Below, one piece after another: positions 1-9,943 of a stretch of DNA of 64,000 nucleotides. This stretch comes from a virus. Its lineage: Duplodnaviria; Heunggongvirae; Uroviricota; Caudoviricetes. The DNA lies in the IMG/VR virus record IMGVR_UViG_3300045988_005753; one strand, 5' to 3'. The stretch's first letter is position 1. Each line of letters opens with the position of its first letter. Below the pieces are notes generated by a model, which saw only the letters and a list, made by a program, of their open reading frames with translations, was not told where the DNA came from and searched no databases. The translations under genes were made by a program, and so were the position numbers.

Positions 1-57
1 ACGGGGAGGGAATGACCTTCCCCACTAAATAAAGTCCTAAACTGGAGATTCTAAATT

Positions 58-306
58 ATGTCAACTATCCGCGTAACTGTTAATGCTTATGGCTGCCACC
101 AACTTGATGCAAAATTCGATATCGGTGGAACAGATAACACCTTTGACCTTATCAAAATGCTGATTCAGCAGGTGATACCAGATTATAACCCTACTGATGA
201 CTTCTGGAAAGATGCCGTAAAAGAAGCCATAAACGAGGAATCTCACTACCATTATTGGGGTGACTTGATTATCTCTCTGTACTACAGCAAACAAGGTTAC
301 AACTAA
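58..306 (+). CDS. hypothetical protein (82 aa)
   Basis: ATG-initiated ORF from the track; followed by tandem hairpins and a T-run at 344-370. Confidence 0.5.
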   Translation: MSTIRVTVNAYGCHQLDAKFDIGGTDNTFDLIKMLIQQVIPDYNPTDDFWKDAVKEAINEESHYHYWGDLIISLYYSKQGYN

Positions 307-316
307 TCGACGCAGC

Positions 317-332
317 GGGGCTAAATAGCCCC
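317..332 (+). other. GC hairpin (GGGGCT/AGCCCC stem, 4-nt loop) with no T-run
   Basis: inverted repeat read directly; shares its stem sequence with the terminator hairpin at 344-364. Confidence 0.4.
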
Positions 333-343
333 AGATACCTTTA

Positions 344-370
344 CAGCCCCTATTTAAAGGGGCTTTTTTA
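344..370 (+). terminator. rho-independent terminator
   Basis: stem CAGCCCC/GGGGCT followed by TTTTT, directly after the 58-306 ORF. Confidence 0.6.
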
Positions 371-1900
371 CGTCTATGTGATAGCCTCTCTCAAAGACTT
401 ATACAATCCCTTTCCCTTTCCTTTCTAGAATCTTATCAGACCTTAAAAGCAATAACTCTATAGTCTACTCTATAGCCTTTTATCAAATCAACTTAAATAT
501 AAGCCCATAACCCGAAAGGGAAGGGCAACCATTAAAACGCTCTATAAAGCTCTATAACAGCCTTATCAACCTAACTTAAGCAATCATATTAACCCACTCT
601 AAAAAGCCCTTTATAGAGCTTCCCAGAGCCTTAAAAGAATCTTATAAGGTGTAAGCTTTATTATCTCGTTAGCTATCTTGTGAATATCTAAAAAGGGCTT
701 GTTAGTGTCTTAAAAGTATGTTATAGGAGCTTAAAAGTAGCTTAAAAGTTACGTAAATGCTAGCCCCCTTAACATCTTCTTAACAATTTCTTAACAATCC
801 CTACATAGTTATGCTTGTTAGAGACTTGTTAGCCCCTTGTTAAATCTCTGTTAAGACCATGTAAAATCCTTGTAAGAGTCTTTGGCATAGCCTTAAAAGC
901 TTCTGTAAAGCCCTATAAAGAGCTATCCATACAGTTGAGGGGTAGATACTAGGAAGAGGCTTAAAAGGGGCTATACAGAGCTATAGAGAGCTTTTAAGAG
1001 GCATGTTTAAGGAATCACTAAGAGGGAAAGGGAACGATAAGAAAAGAGTAGTGACCATGTTAATAGCTTGTTAAAAAGATTAAACACTTGTTAGAAACTT
1101 GTTAATTATCTTAACAAAATAACTCTTTAAAATTAACTTGTTAGCTCTTGTTAATCATCTGTTAAGATTCTGTAAAGCCCTATCAAATCTTGTTAGAAAA
1201 CTGTTAAGCCCTTGTTAGTTCTGTTAAGAATCTGTTAAGACCTTTGAAGAGTTGTTAAGAAGATGTGAGAACTGTTAAGGGATTGTTAAGGATATTTTAA
1301 AATTTTGCAAAGTACTTGTAAGGGAGCTGTTAAGGGCTACCAAGCAGATATACATCCTAATCAGATATTTTTCAGTTCCTTCAAAGACCCTAAAAAATGA
1401 CTTGATAGCCCTATTTTATAAAAATTTTAAAAATCTGAATAATTACCTAGACAGTCTTTTAAAAAATACAGGTAGAAACAGGCTTATAAGATACCTTGTT
1501 AGTACCGTGTTAGACCTTGTGAGATAAGGTCTGTGAAGATATTCCTGTTAAGTTTGTTAAAACAGTCTATATAGAGGCTTAGTAGTACCTAGTGAACACC
1601 TATAGAGGGTATCATAGCTTACCTAGAGATTAAGAGGTGTATAGGAGCTTCTAAGAGGGTGTAGAGGGATGGTTAAGGTGATTGTATAGGTTGTTAAGAA
1701 GGCTTGTTAGAGGGCTATTTAGAAGGGTTATACAGAGGGCTATTAAGACCACTAGATAGTTACTAAGATACTATATAGTACTATATAACTATATAGAGAG
1801 TAAGATTAAGAAGGTTGTTAAGAAGGATAGATATTTTATTCACATATGATGGTGACCCAGAGGTTGGGACAACCGATAAAATTTTATAAAAAATTAAAAA
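370..1900. repeat. non-coding repeat-rich region; array of TTGTTAAG/CTGTTAAG/CTTGTTAG octamers at about 9-12 bp spacing (densest 1060-1330), plus CTTAAAAG and CTATAAAG motifs
   Basis: no ORF of 60 aa or more on either strand; dozens of direct octamer copies and their reverse complements (CTTAACAA near 778-800) read directly. Confidence 0.75.
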
Positions 1901-1931
1901 GCCCCCAATTAAGGAGGCTCTTAAGATATTT

Positions 1932-2480
1932 TTAAATCAGTGTTTCCAGAACTGTTTTTAGTGATGACTTGGTTGTCTGATAAAAATGAGTAAAGCCGTT
2001 GTTGTTATCAAATACCTGCATCATGATATCATCTCCCTTGATTGGGTACACTCGGATATCATAGTGAAAACCATTAAAGACACAAGAGCCATTACAGAAT
2101 GCACTAAAGTCATCCACTGAGATATACTCTTCATGTCCTGTGATTTTTATACAGATACCTTTACTCGGTCTCTTAGGATTAATATCTTCCATCACAGACA
2201 TATTCTGTCCACCAAGAGATACCATAGTGACCACTTTACGGTTCTTCTGTCTAAAGTACATCTTAACTTTCTGTAAAGTGTCTTCATAGAACGGATAAGA
2301 CTTCTCTACAAAGATTCCTTCAAGTGGCTCTTTACCATTTTCAACTTCTCTGTTATGCCGTACTGCAAAGATAATTTGTTCGAACCAGTCAAGATTTTCT
2401 TCGGAGAGTGCTTCCCGAACATCACTCCAATCAAGGACTAGGTAGTTACCTTCAACTTCTTTTAAGTTATCTTTTTCCAT
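1932..2480 (-). CDS. hypothetical protein
   Basis: track ORF 1932-2525 starts on TTG; the first in-frame ATG at 2480 avoids overlap with the upstream gene. Confidence 0.45.
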   Translation of the reverse strand: MEKDNLKEVEGNYLVLDWSDVREALSEENLDWFEQIIFAVRHNREVENGKEPLEGIFVEKSYPFYEDTLQKVKMYFRQKNRKVVTMVSLGGQNMSVMEDINPKRPSKGICIKITGHEEYISVDDFSAFCNGSCVFNGFHYDIRVYPIKGDDIMMQVFDNNNGFTHFYQTTKSSLKTVLETLI

Positions 2481-2493
2481 ATCTATCACACCG

Positions 2494-2958
2494 TTATCGT
2501 AAAACTTGGTAAGCTGGTACTGCAAACTTGTTGCTATTGTTCCTAATAAGGTCTTCTTCTGTTACTAAGAATGTAATCCCACATAAGTGCGTATGGTGGC
2601 TGTCATACTCGAATATTTTAAGTAAGTATTTACCATCATGATAAACAGATTCTACTACACCTTTTGCAACAATCTTTCCAGTCTTGAAGTCTTTAAGAGG
2701 GTATGTATTACCAACTTTAGGGACTGTTTTCACTTCAGGTTCTTTTAGCTTCTCACTAGCTTCTACATCACCTAGTAAGTTAGAACTTTCAAAAGCTACG
2801 TGTTTCATATATGCTTCTGAACATTCCCAGATAAAACAATGTACAAGAACCTTAGCAGCATGTCTTGAGCAATTCAACTCATCACAGATTTCTTTGTACA
2901 TTTCATCTTTAGTTGAATTGGTAAGCATTGCTTTTCGAACTGTTTCTTTAATTTTCAT
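2494..2958 (-). CDS. hypothetical protein
   Basis: ATG start with GGAGAG RBS upstream. Confidence 0.55.
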   Translation of the reverse strand: MKIKETVRKAMLTNSTKDEMYKEICDELNCSRHAAKVLVHCFIWECSEAYMKHVAFESSNLLGDVEASEKLKEPEVKTVPKVGNTYPLKDFKTGKIVAKGVVESVYHDGKYLLKIFEYDSHHTHLCGITFLVTEEDLIRNNSNKFAVPAYQVLR

Positions 2959-3376
2959 AAGCTCTCCGAATAACCCTATTAAGCATCTCTAAAGTCAGCT
3001 TTCCAGATTCTAAATGTGGCACAATAAGTTTTAAAGCTTTTTCAACATCATGCACAACATCTATTATACCTTCTGCATAGGCTTCTACAAGGATATCTTT
3101 TACATTTTGTGATTTACCTTTTTGTGGTATCACTAGACGCATATCAAACTTATTTGCTTGAGGATGGTTCTTACCTTGCCAATAACCGTCTTTGTTAAAG
3201 CTGATGTAGTCACCGTGGTAAAAGTGTACACCATTAGCTTTAAACTTCTCCAGCACAAGGCATTGAATTGGGTATTCAGTATTCCACTCCCTGACTCCTA
3301 TAACCTTCACTGTTGCGATGTACTCCTGTGTTTTTGCATCTATGATGTCAAGTTCTTGACCAGCTATGATTTGCAT
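2948..3376 (-). CDS. hypothetical protein
   Basis: ATG start; operon-like packing with neighbours. Confidence 0.5.
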   Translation of the reverse strand: MQIIAGQELDIIDAKTQEYIATVKVIGVREWNTEYPIQCLVLEKFKANGVHFYHGDYISFNKDGYWQGKNHPQANKFDMRLVIPQKGKSQNVKDILVEAYAEGIIDVVHDVEKALKLIVPHLESGKLTLEMLNRVIRRAYEN

Positions 3377-3429
3377 ATTCGCTACCTTCTAAGTTTCTAC
3401 AAAGGGGCTATCAAGTAACCCCTAAGTTA

Positions 3430-3654
3430 TTACTCAGACTTTTCAGTCTTCTTATCGGATTTCTTACTAGTCTTCTTCTCAGCTTTCTGCTCAGGTTCCT
3501 TCTCAGGAGTTGCCTTGATAACCATATCAAGAAGCTCTGATAAGTCACTCTTCAGCAAAGTAACAGGCTGCTCGTTGTAGAAGTTTTTGTCAAGATAAAC
3601 TTTAAACTCTTCTATAGAAGGAAATCCAAAAATTGGTACAGGTGTCTTAATCAT
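3430..3654 (-). CDS. small lysine-rich hypothetical protein
   Basis: ATG start with GGAGAG RBS; KK-rich C-terminus. Confidence 0.5.
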   Translation of the reverse strand: MIKTPVPIFGFPSIEEFKVYLDKNFYNEQPVTLLKSDLSELLDMVIKATPEKEPEQKAEKKTSKKSDKKTEKSE

Positions 3655-3730
3655 TACTTAGTCTCTCCATAGGCATCTTTTAAGATTGCCTTGTTAATCA
3701 TTTCAGCGATTGCAAAACGAACACACACAG

Positions 3731-4234
3731 CTATAATTGTAGGTTGCATTCTTTACTTACCTCTTCAAGTTTAACCTCAGAATCCTTAAGTCGTTTCTTA
3801 TGAACCCTGAATCTCATTAGTGAGATGATAATACCAGCTAAAGGAACAGTATACAAGTACCAGATATCATGTAGCTTTGCAGTAATCTGTGTAATGGTCA
3901 AGTCTTGAGCTATGTAGCTGATTGCTGATACGGCTAGCAATGTTGCTAAGAAGAAAACCAGTATCATAACAATATTCAGACAACCTCTGGCGTGGTATTC
4001 ATGCTTAATGCACTTATTCTTCTCTTCAACAACCCTGTTGTAGTCATTTGTAAAGTCTCTGTAGAAAGCTTTCAAGTATTCTTGATTGTAGCCTTCAAAG
4101 CAACCTGTACCATACCAATAATCACCACCAAAATGTGCTATGATACCAGTATCTCCATTTGGTTTGGTTACTCTTAAAGAAGTATGATGACGAGTATCCT
4201 GGTAATCTATCTTATATCTCTCTTCAAAAATCAT
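3731..4234 (-). CDS. membrane protein (one hydrophobic segment)
   Basis: ATG at 4234 overlaps the upstream stop (ATGA) and has a GAGGGG RBS; hydrophobic stretch IVMILVFFLATLLAVSAISYI. Confidence 0.55.
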   Translation of the reverse strand: MIFEERYKIDYQDTRHHTSLRVTKPNGDTGIIAHFGGDYWYGTGCFEGYNQEYLKAFYRDFTNDYNRVVEEKNKCIKHEYHARGCLNIVMILVFFLATLLAVSAISYIAQDLTITQITAKLHDIWYLYTVPLAGIIISLMRFRVHKKRLKDSEVKLEEVSKECNLQL

Positions 4235-4449
4235 TTTCCAACCCCTCTCAATCGTTTGTTCCATTCAAGGTCAACAAATCTTTGCAGGACTTTCCCTCTA
4301 GGTGTTACACCTTTTAAATCTGCATCGTAACAATGGTAAAAGTCACCTTCAGCATGTTTACCATAGCATTTTCTGATATTCTGGCTTCTGCGATACTGTT
4401 CTAACAAGGACAGTTTGTAGTAATCTTCAACTGTAGTTAGTTTTTTCAT
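4231..4449 (-). CDS. hypothetical protein
   Basis: ATGA start-stop coupling with the upstream gene. Confidence 0.5.
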   Translation of the reverse strand: MKKLTTVEDYYKLSLLEQYRRSQNIRKCYGKHAEGDFYHCYDADLKGVTPRGKVLQRFVDLEWNKRLRGVGK

Positions 4450-4991
4450 TCTTTCACCATAGCATTTCTGAACTGACGTTGTGTTTCTCTTGTAATTTCG
4501 TTTGGAGTAAACCCTGCTTTTAGCATATCTCTGAAAAGAACTTCTAAATGGTTCCTCTCAATGATGTGAATGGCATTCTGAATAGCTGTTTTGCGCTCCT
4601 TCAGGTCACTACTAATCTCCTCGCACTTACTGGTAAGTTCTGTGTCAACTTTCTTATAGACTGGCATAACATGTGCGTAGCAACCTTTATTAGTCTCCAT
4701 GAAAAATTTAAAAGATTCTTCAGAGTCCTTTAGAGCAATCCCTATAAAGTTCTTGTAAGCACCTGTGAAAGATAAAGACTCAATCTCAGCAGTTGAGTAT
4801 ACAGTCCCTGCACACAGCCTTGCAGAAGTACTAAATGTGTGGTTTGGTGTCATGTCAAAATCTAAGTTCTTCAGTGGCCTGAAATAAACAATACCGTTGT
4901 GTGAGATATGTGTTACAACAGCCTCAACACTCTTTGACGGATTCTGTTTAACGTACAAAATTATTTTATCTTTTTCTTTCACTGTAGCCAT
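4446..4991 (-). CDS. hypothetical protein
   Basis: ORF of 181 aa packed in the operon. Confidence 0.55.
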   Translation of the reverse strand: MATVKEKDKIILYVKQNPSKSVEAVVTHISHNGIVYFRPLKNLDFDMTPNHTFSTSARLCAGTVYSTAEIESLSFTGAYKNFIGIALKDSEESFKFFMETNKGCYAHVMPVYKKVDTELTSKCEEISSDLKERKTAIQNAIHIIERNHLEVLFRDMLKAGFTPNEITRETQRQFRNAMVKE

Positions 4992-5063
4992 ATCTATTCT
5001 CCAGAAACTAAAAAGGGAACTACCTCTCGATAGCTCCCATCATAATTAATGTTGTATACTCAG

Positions 5064-5645
5064 TCAAGAGTATTTTTTAGGCAGTAATGCACTACGCTTG
5101 TTACTTTCCTCACTCAGTAGTGCGATAAATTCATCACCTTTGCCTTTCCACGGGCTAAATGTAGGGATGTGTTCTCTGATAGCCTCAATCACTGTTTTCA
5201 GGGCATTGTTCTTTAACCACCAATCAGACACTGCCGAAGCTACAATGTAGTAAGCACCATCATCCGTGAAGATTGGCTCAGAGATACATGGTGAAATCAT
5301 AGTGGTAATGATAGAACCATTATTCATGTAGTATGTTCTTTTTTCAACCTTGTCAAGAAGCTTATGAAGGTCTGCAAAGAGACTCACAACCTCTTTATGG
5401 TCAATATCTTTTTCAAGATTTGCTCTGTACTTTAATAGTGCAGCATCAACCTCTTTATCATTGAATTTGAAGTACTGGACTTCTTCATTCACACATACAC
5501 TGATATTGTTGGTGTTTATCGTCAATTTGCACAGTTTGACTGGAGAATTGATGTTAGTCTGAAAAAGTGCTACACAGCCTTCTACATTTCCGAAATGTTT
5601 TACTAATGTAACTTCTGGTTGGATATGCTCATGTTCTTCTGACAT
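5064..5645 (-). CDS. hypothetical protein
   Basis: ORF of 193 aa. Confidence 0.55.
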   Translation of the reverse strand: MSEEHEHIQPEVTLVKHFGNVEGCVALFQTNINSPVKLCKLTINTNNISVCVNEEVQYFKFNDKEVDAALLKYRANLEKDIDHKEVVSLFADLHKLLDKVEKRTYYMNNGSIITTMISPCISEPIFTDDGAYYIVASAVSDWWLKNNALKTVIEAIREHIPTFSPWKGKGDEFIALLSEESNKRSALLPKKYS

Positions 5646-5989
5646 TACAGTTTCCTCATTAAATACTTTTTAAGTTGTGTGTTAGGTTTCTCAAAAACTT
5701 CTATAGAAGATATCTTAACAGACTCACCACGCATACCAGTATGTTTGAATATATAGTACTCCAACATCCCTATGTACTTTGCTGGTAAGTCATACTTGAC
5801 ATACACCGTTACAGAATCTTCAAATTCAACAACCTTTGTGCCATCTTTGTAGTTAAACTCTTTAGGATGGTTGTAGTTGTCAATGTCATACATTAAAAAG
5901 AGTCTTTTACGTTGTAAGTCAAGCTTATTTGTTAAAGACTCTTTAATATCTGAGAAGTTTTTGTACACTGTGACATGGAGCTTGCTCAT
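5645..5989 (-). CDS. hypothetical protein
   Basis: ATG start with a GAGAG-type RBS. Confidence 0.5.
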   Translation of the reverse strand: MSKLHVTVYKNFSDIKESLTNKLDLQRKRLFLMYDIDNYNHPKEFNYKDGTKVVEFEDSVTVYVKYDLPAKYIGMLEYYIFKHTGMRGESVKISSIEVFEKPNTQLKKYLMRKL

Positions 5990-6275
5990 CGTTAAACTCT
6001 CTGACGAAGAAATAGTTGACTTTGTTATTACCTACCATAAGGTCAAAGCAGGTATTTTCAAAAGGTTTGTTGTAGGCATCGTATGAAATATATGGGTCAG
6101 CTACTTGCTTAGTGCTTAACTTCTTACTTGATGGATTTAAGAGGCCACCATACAGCTTCTTGATAGCCTCTTCTACAACAGACCAGATAATTTCGTCAGT
6201 AATTTCTTCGTACAGGTCAAGTTCACGCTCTAGTGAGAAGTCACAAATAGGGAAAACAACCTGTACTTTACTCAT
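5943..6275 (-). CDS. hypothetical protein
   Basis: ORF of 110 aa; its 3' end overlaps the next gene start by 47 nt. Confidence 0.45.
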   Translation of the reverse strand: MSKVQVVFPICDFSLERELDLYEEITDEIIWSVVEEAIKKLYGGLLNPSSKKLSTKQVADPYISYDAYNKPFENTCFDLMVGNNKVNYFFVREFNDEQAPCHSVQKLLRY

Positions 6276-6670
6276 TAACGAATAACCTGTGAGACTTGAA
6301 TTGCTTCAGTTACTGACAAGTCACCTACTTTCTCTTCTTTGATAAAAGTGAAGGTGAGTTCAACAGGTTCTTGCTCTTCTTGCTCAACTGGAATGCCATT
6401 AAGCTCATCGCGGATTGATTGGGTTGTCCAATCCTCCCCACCATCTGGATAATGGATGGCGTAAAGAGGAAACTCTAAATTATGCCAAGCAAAAACAGGA
6501 CAACCGTCTGCATCATCTCGGCATCTGTGGAGGTACGTATTTGTACCTTCAAAATGCAAATGAAGATTGCCATTCTTCTCAAATAGAAGAGCATCTTGCA
6601 GGTCTAGTTCCTCATTTTCGCTGTAACGACTGACATCAACTTTAACGTGGATATGACTGTTATTATTCAT
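6275..6670 (-). CDS. hypothetical protein
   Basis: ORF of 131 aa, tightly packed. Confidence 0.5.
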   Translation of the reverse strand: MNNNSHIHVKVDVSRYSENEELDLQDALLFEKNGNLHLHFEGTNTYLHRCRDDADGCPVFAWHNLEFPLYAIHYPDGGEDWTTQSIRDELNGIPVEQEEQEPVELTFTFIKEEKVGDLSVTEAIQVSQVIR

Positions 6671-7061
6671 AAAAACCTCTCTCTGCTTGTTCGATTTTTG
6701 CTCTTAAAGTTTCGCAATGCTGTAAATGGTAGTTAGCTTCTTGTTCATGTGTTGCTAACTGCCTTTCCAGAACAGTTTTATAGTAACCTGCAAGTTGCTC
6801 TTTTGTCAATGGGTGCTCTGAAATAATATCAAGTCCACTTTCACCAAGAGGATTGAATTGTCCATGCTCATTGACATTGTAAGTCTCAAACTTGAACATA
6901 CCATTGTTCACAGACTCAATAGGTGACAGTTCAACAAGCTCTACAGTAAACCGTGTATACACCTTGTCGCCTCTTGAAACTACATTGTTTCCAATGATGC
7001 GTACAAGCGAACCATTACGAGTGTATTTAAAAGTTCCAAAGTCACTAGCCCAAAGTTTCAT
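6663..7061 (-). CDS. hypothetical protein
   Basis: ATG with GGAGAAAA RBS immediately downstream of the terminator at 7079-7103. Confidence 0.55.
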   Translation of the reverse strand: MKLWASDFGTFKYTRNGSLVRIIGNNVVSRGDKVYTRFTVELVELSPIESVNNGMFKFETYNVNEHGQFNPLGESGLDIISEHPLTKEQLAGYYKTVLERQLATHEQEANYHLQHCETLRAKIEQAERGFYE

Positions 7062-7078
7062 AGTTTTCTCCTTAGAAA

Positions 7079-7103
7079 ATAAAAAAGGCTCCCGAAGGAG
7101 CCT
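7079..7103 (-). terminator. rho-independent terminator or attenuator after the endolysin gene
   Basis: hairpin AGGCTCC-CGAA-GGAGCCT followed by a T-run on the minus strand. Confidence 0.6.
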
Positions 7104-7112
7104 ATGAAGATA

Positions 7113-7577
7113 TTACTTTGGGTATACACTGTCAAGATAAATGTCAGCTTCCATTCTACGTCTGTTTTTCAGTCCGTTTGAAGTGACCTTCTTACCTTTG
7201 ACTGTAACCTTGTTCCACCACTGCATAGCTTCTGCACAACCTCCCTTATTACCAGCGTTGTGGCGCTTGATAAATGTTGAGTCCTGCATAGCTGTGATAC
7301 CGATGTTGTATGTTTCACTTACAAGTGCATCGAACTCATTCTGAGTAGTTGGAACCTTGATAGCTTTGTTCACTGCTGCAACAAACTTCTCAACATCCGC
7401 GAGAAGATACTGTTCAGCTTGTTCAGCAGTAATTTTCATACCCATCTTAACAGTTTTTCCGTCAATACGAATTGTACCATACCCGATTGTTGGGATTCCG
7501 GCAGAGTCTTCGTAAGCCTCTAACTCCAGACCTTCGAAGAACTTAATAGCGTCTAAACCTTTTCTTGAGAGTTGCAT
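7113..7577 (-). CDS. endolysin, phage lysozyme (T4 e / lambda R-like)
   Basis: N-terminal FEGLELEAYEDSAGIPTIGYG matches the catalytic-Glu region of phage lysozymes; 154 aa. Confidence 0.8.
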   Translation of the reverse strand: MQLSRKGLDAIKFFEGLELEAYEDSAGIPTIGYGTIRIDGKTVKMGMKITAEQAEQYLLADVEKFVAAVNKAIKVPTTQNEFDALVSETYNIGITAMQDSTFIKRHNAGNKGGCAEAMQWWNKVTVKGKKVTSNGLKNRRRMEADIYLDSVYPK

Positions 7578-8710
7578 TACGCCTCCCCTGCTGGGTTAAC
7601 TGTAACTGTTGCTGCATTGGATGTTACAGAGCCACCTGCACCAGTAACTACACAGGTGTAGCTTCCTGCATCAGCAGCGGTTGCACCTTCTTTGGTGTAA
7701 GTTGCAGTAGTTGCATCGAGGATGTCTTCCTCACCTTTCTTCCATTGGTAACCTGTCGCACCTGTTGCCACAACATTCAGCGTTAAGGTCTCACCTTCAG
7801 TGATTTCTTGATTGGTTGGCTGTTGAGTGATAACTGGTAAAGCTTTCACAGTAACGGTTGCAGGGCTAGAAGTGACAGAACCACCTGCACCTGTTACAAC
7901 GCAAGTGTATGAACCTGCATCTGCTGGCAGAGCACCAGACTTACTATAGGTTGCATCTGTAGCCGAAGGAATGTCAGAGCCATCTTTCTTCCACTGATAA
8001 CCTGTTGCACCTGTTGCAGTCACTTCCAAGTTGATGTTTCCACCCTCATTGACGGTCTGGCTAGAAGGTTGCTGTGTAATCACAGGCAGTGCGTTGACAG
8101 TAACTGTTGCCGCATCTGAGGTAACGCTTGTCCCAGCCTCTCCAGATACAACACAAGTGTATGAACCGGCATCAGAAGGTTCTACAGACTGTTTTGTGTA
8201 GGTTGCAGATGTGGCGCTAGTGATATCCTCACCATCCTTTTTCCATTGATATCCAGTGGCATTAGTTGCAACAACGCTTAGGGTAAGTGTACCACCTTCA
8301 TTTACTGTTTGATTGGTTGGTTGCTGAGTGATTGATGGTGGCTTGATAGCGTCCTTCAACTTAGCATTCAACATTGAGAATGGTTTAACTCTTGCCAGCC
8401 ATTCACAATAAACTGTATCAACGTCTTTACCATTGATAATTGCATATTGTAAGTCCATGAAGAAGTCAGAAGTTCTCATTTGAGCACCAATGCTGTAAAG
8501 CAACTCATCACTAAATGGAACTTTGTAGTCTGGTTTGTAGTCAAACTCATCGACTTCTGCAATATCAGCTTCAGGCCAATACGAACTGTAGGTAAGCGGT
8601 AAAATAGCCTCTTGATATGTTCTAAAATCATATCTCTTACCAGCCTTTACGTTTGCAATGAAGCCCTTCACAAACTCTTTGAAGTCTGGGTAAGTCTTTG
8701 CTTTAATCAT
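7577..8710 (-). CDS. protein with three tandem Ig-like domains; N-terminal domain paralogous to the 8707-9078 product
   Basis: three repeats of about 90 aa (ITQQP..NEGG..GATGYQWKKDG..DAGSYTCVV..VTV); shared WPE(A/E)DI and FMDLQY motifs with the neighbour. Confidence 0.7.
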   Translation of the reverse strand: MIKAKTYPDFKEFVKGFIANVKAGKRYDFRTYQEAILPLTYSSYWPEADIAEVDEFDYKPDYKVPFSDELLYSIGAQMRTSDFFMDLQYAIINGKDVDTVYCEWLARVKPFSMLNAKLKDAIKPPSITQQPTNQTVNEGGTLTLSVVATNATGYQWKKDGEDITSATSATYTKQSVEPSDAGSYTCVVSGEAGTSVTSDAATVTVNALPVITQQPSSQTVNEGGNINLEVTATGATGYQWKKDGSDIPSATDATYSKSGALPADAGSYTCVVTGAGGSVTSSPATVTVKALPVITQQPTNQEITEGETLTLNVVATGATGYQWKKGEEDILDATTATYTKEGATAADAGSYTCVVTGAGGSVTSNAATVTVNPAGEA

Positions 8711-9078
8711 TTCTTTTTAGCCTCTAAATGTGCGTTTAGTCTAAAATAACCTTTGTGATGCGGAGATACGTCACCAACAACAATACCTTTAACCTTATAA
8801 CCTTTACCAATTACATACTGGATATCCATAAGGAATCTTCCAAGACCAACAATATGGAACATTGGATATAATAGATTCTCAGAGTCTGGAATATTGATTT
8901 CGGGTTTGTAGGTACGATGTTCGATTGTTGGTGTAATATCTTCTTCAGGCCATTTGCTGAGTCTCCATGTCAAAGGTGTTGGGATAACATCATTAAGGCT
9001 GTACCTTTCACCATTTTGCACGGAATTGACATAGGATTGTAGGAAGCAATAAAAGTCTTTTGCACTCTTAGCTTTCAT
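8707..9078 (-). CDS. hypothetical protein, paralog of the N-terminal domain of the Ig-like protein
   Basis: alignable motifs KAK..DF, G(E/K)RY, WPEEDI, YKPE, LMDIQYVIGKG. Confidence 0.55.
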   Translation of the reverse strand: MKAKSAKDFYCFLQSYVNSVQNGERYSLNDVIPTPLTWRLSKWPEEDITPTIEHRTYKPEINIPDSENLLYPMFHIVGLGRFLMDIQYVIGKGYKVKGIVVGDVSPHHKGYFRLNAHLEAKKK

Positions 9079-9125
9079 TAAATATCCTTATAAATAGTTA
9101 AAGGGGCATCAGCCCCTATTCACAC

Positions 9126-9716
9126 TTAAGCTTTGGTCTTAAGTAGGTTCTTAAGTTTTTTAAGATTCATACTCTCATCAAACTTAAAACCAAATCCATT
9201 GACATAATCAATGAACTCGGATTTCTTACTAAGTGACAATGCGTAACTCATATCGAAGTTCTTACTTGTTTCTGCGTCTGGACTAGAGTTCACATCAAAT
9301 GAAATTTCTGTAGGTTCTTGCTTACTTTTTCTCATATTATCAACCAACAAACATGTATAGTTTGCTGGATAGAAGTTTACACTGCCATCAACGTAGCTGT
9401 ACTTATTATTATGGATAAGGTTGGAAAATACCTTAAGAAATGTTTCTGAGTCGTGGCAAACAAGTTTGAATTGGCTGCTCTCTCCAAGCGCAACTAATGA
9501 GTACGGACTTTCACTATCAAAGTCATAATTTGGATTCGATGGCGTCACTGTTACACGCATCAAGTTATTAGCGATAGTCTTCTGTTTAAAAGAATTTTGA
9601 ACATAGTGAAGACCTCTCTCACACTGATTGACTAGCTCTTTAAGTAGGTCATTTGCATATGGTGAATTAATTGATACAGAGCCATCACTATTGTAATTAA
9701 AACTTACTGTTAACAT
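9126..9716 (-). CDS. hypothetical protein
   Basis: ORF of 196 aa. Confidence 0.55.
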   Translation of the reverse strand: MLTVSFNYNSDGSVSINSPYANDLLKELVNQCERGLHYVQNSFKQKTIANNLMRVTVTPSNPNYDFDSESPYSLVALGESSQFKLVCHDSETFLKVFSNLIHNNKYSYVDGSVNFYPANYTCLLVDNMRKSKQEPTEISFDVNSSPDAETSKNFDMSYALSLSKKSEFIDYVNGFGFKFDESMNLKKLKNLLKTKA

Positions 9717-9943
9717 TTTTCAGTTCTCCTGCGATTTATAATTTTGCTGCAATAGAGAAACGAAGTAAACTCACTGGAAGAAACCACTAAGTGTTGTTCA
9801 CTAGATTGAGCCATTGCCCTGAAATACATTCCAGTCAAAGCATCATAGTGACTATTCTTTCCAATTGAGGTTATATAGCCATGACTCTTTGCAGTTTGAT
9901 ATAAATCTATAATATCTGCGATTTCTAATTGGGAACTACACAT
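9710..9943 (-). CDS. hypothetical protein
   Basis: ATG with AAGAGGA RBS. Confidence 0.5.
   Translation of the reverse strand: MCSSQLEIADIIDLYQTAKSHGYITSIGKNSHYDALTGMYFRAMAQSSEQHLVVSSSEFTSFLYCSKIINRRRTEKC

Noticed and set aside
370-1900. Possible CRISPR array given the many short direct repeats
   Set aside because: Repeats are 8 bp with spacers of only 1-4 bp, irregular and in both orientations; no cas genes; fits iterons, not CRISPR.
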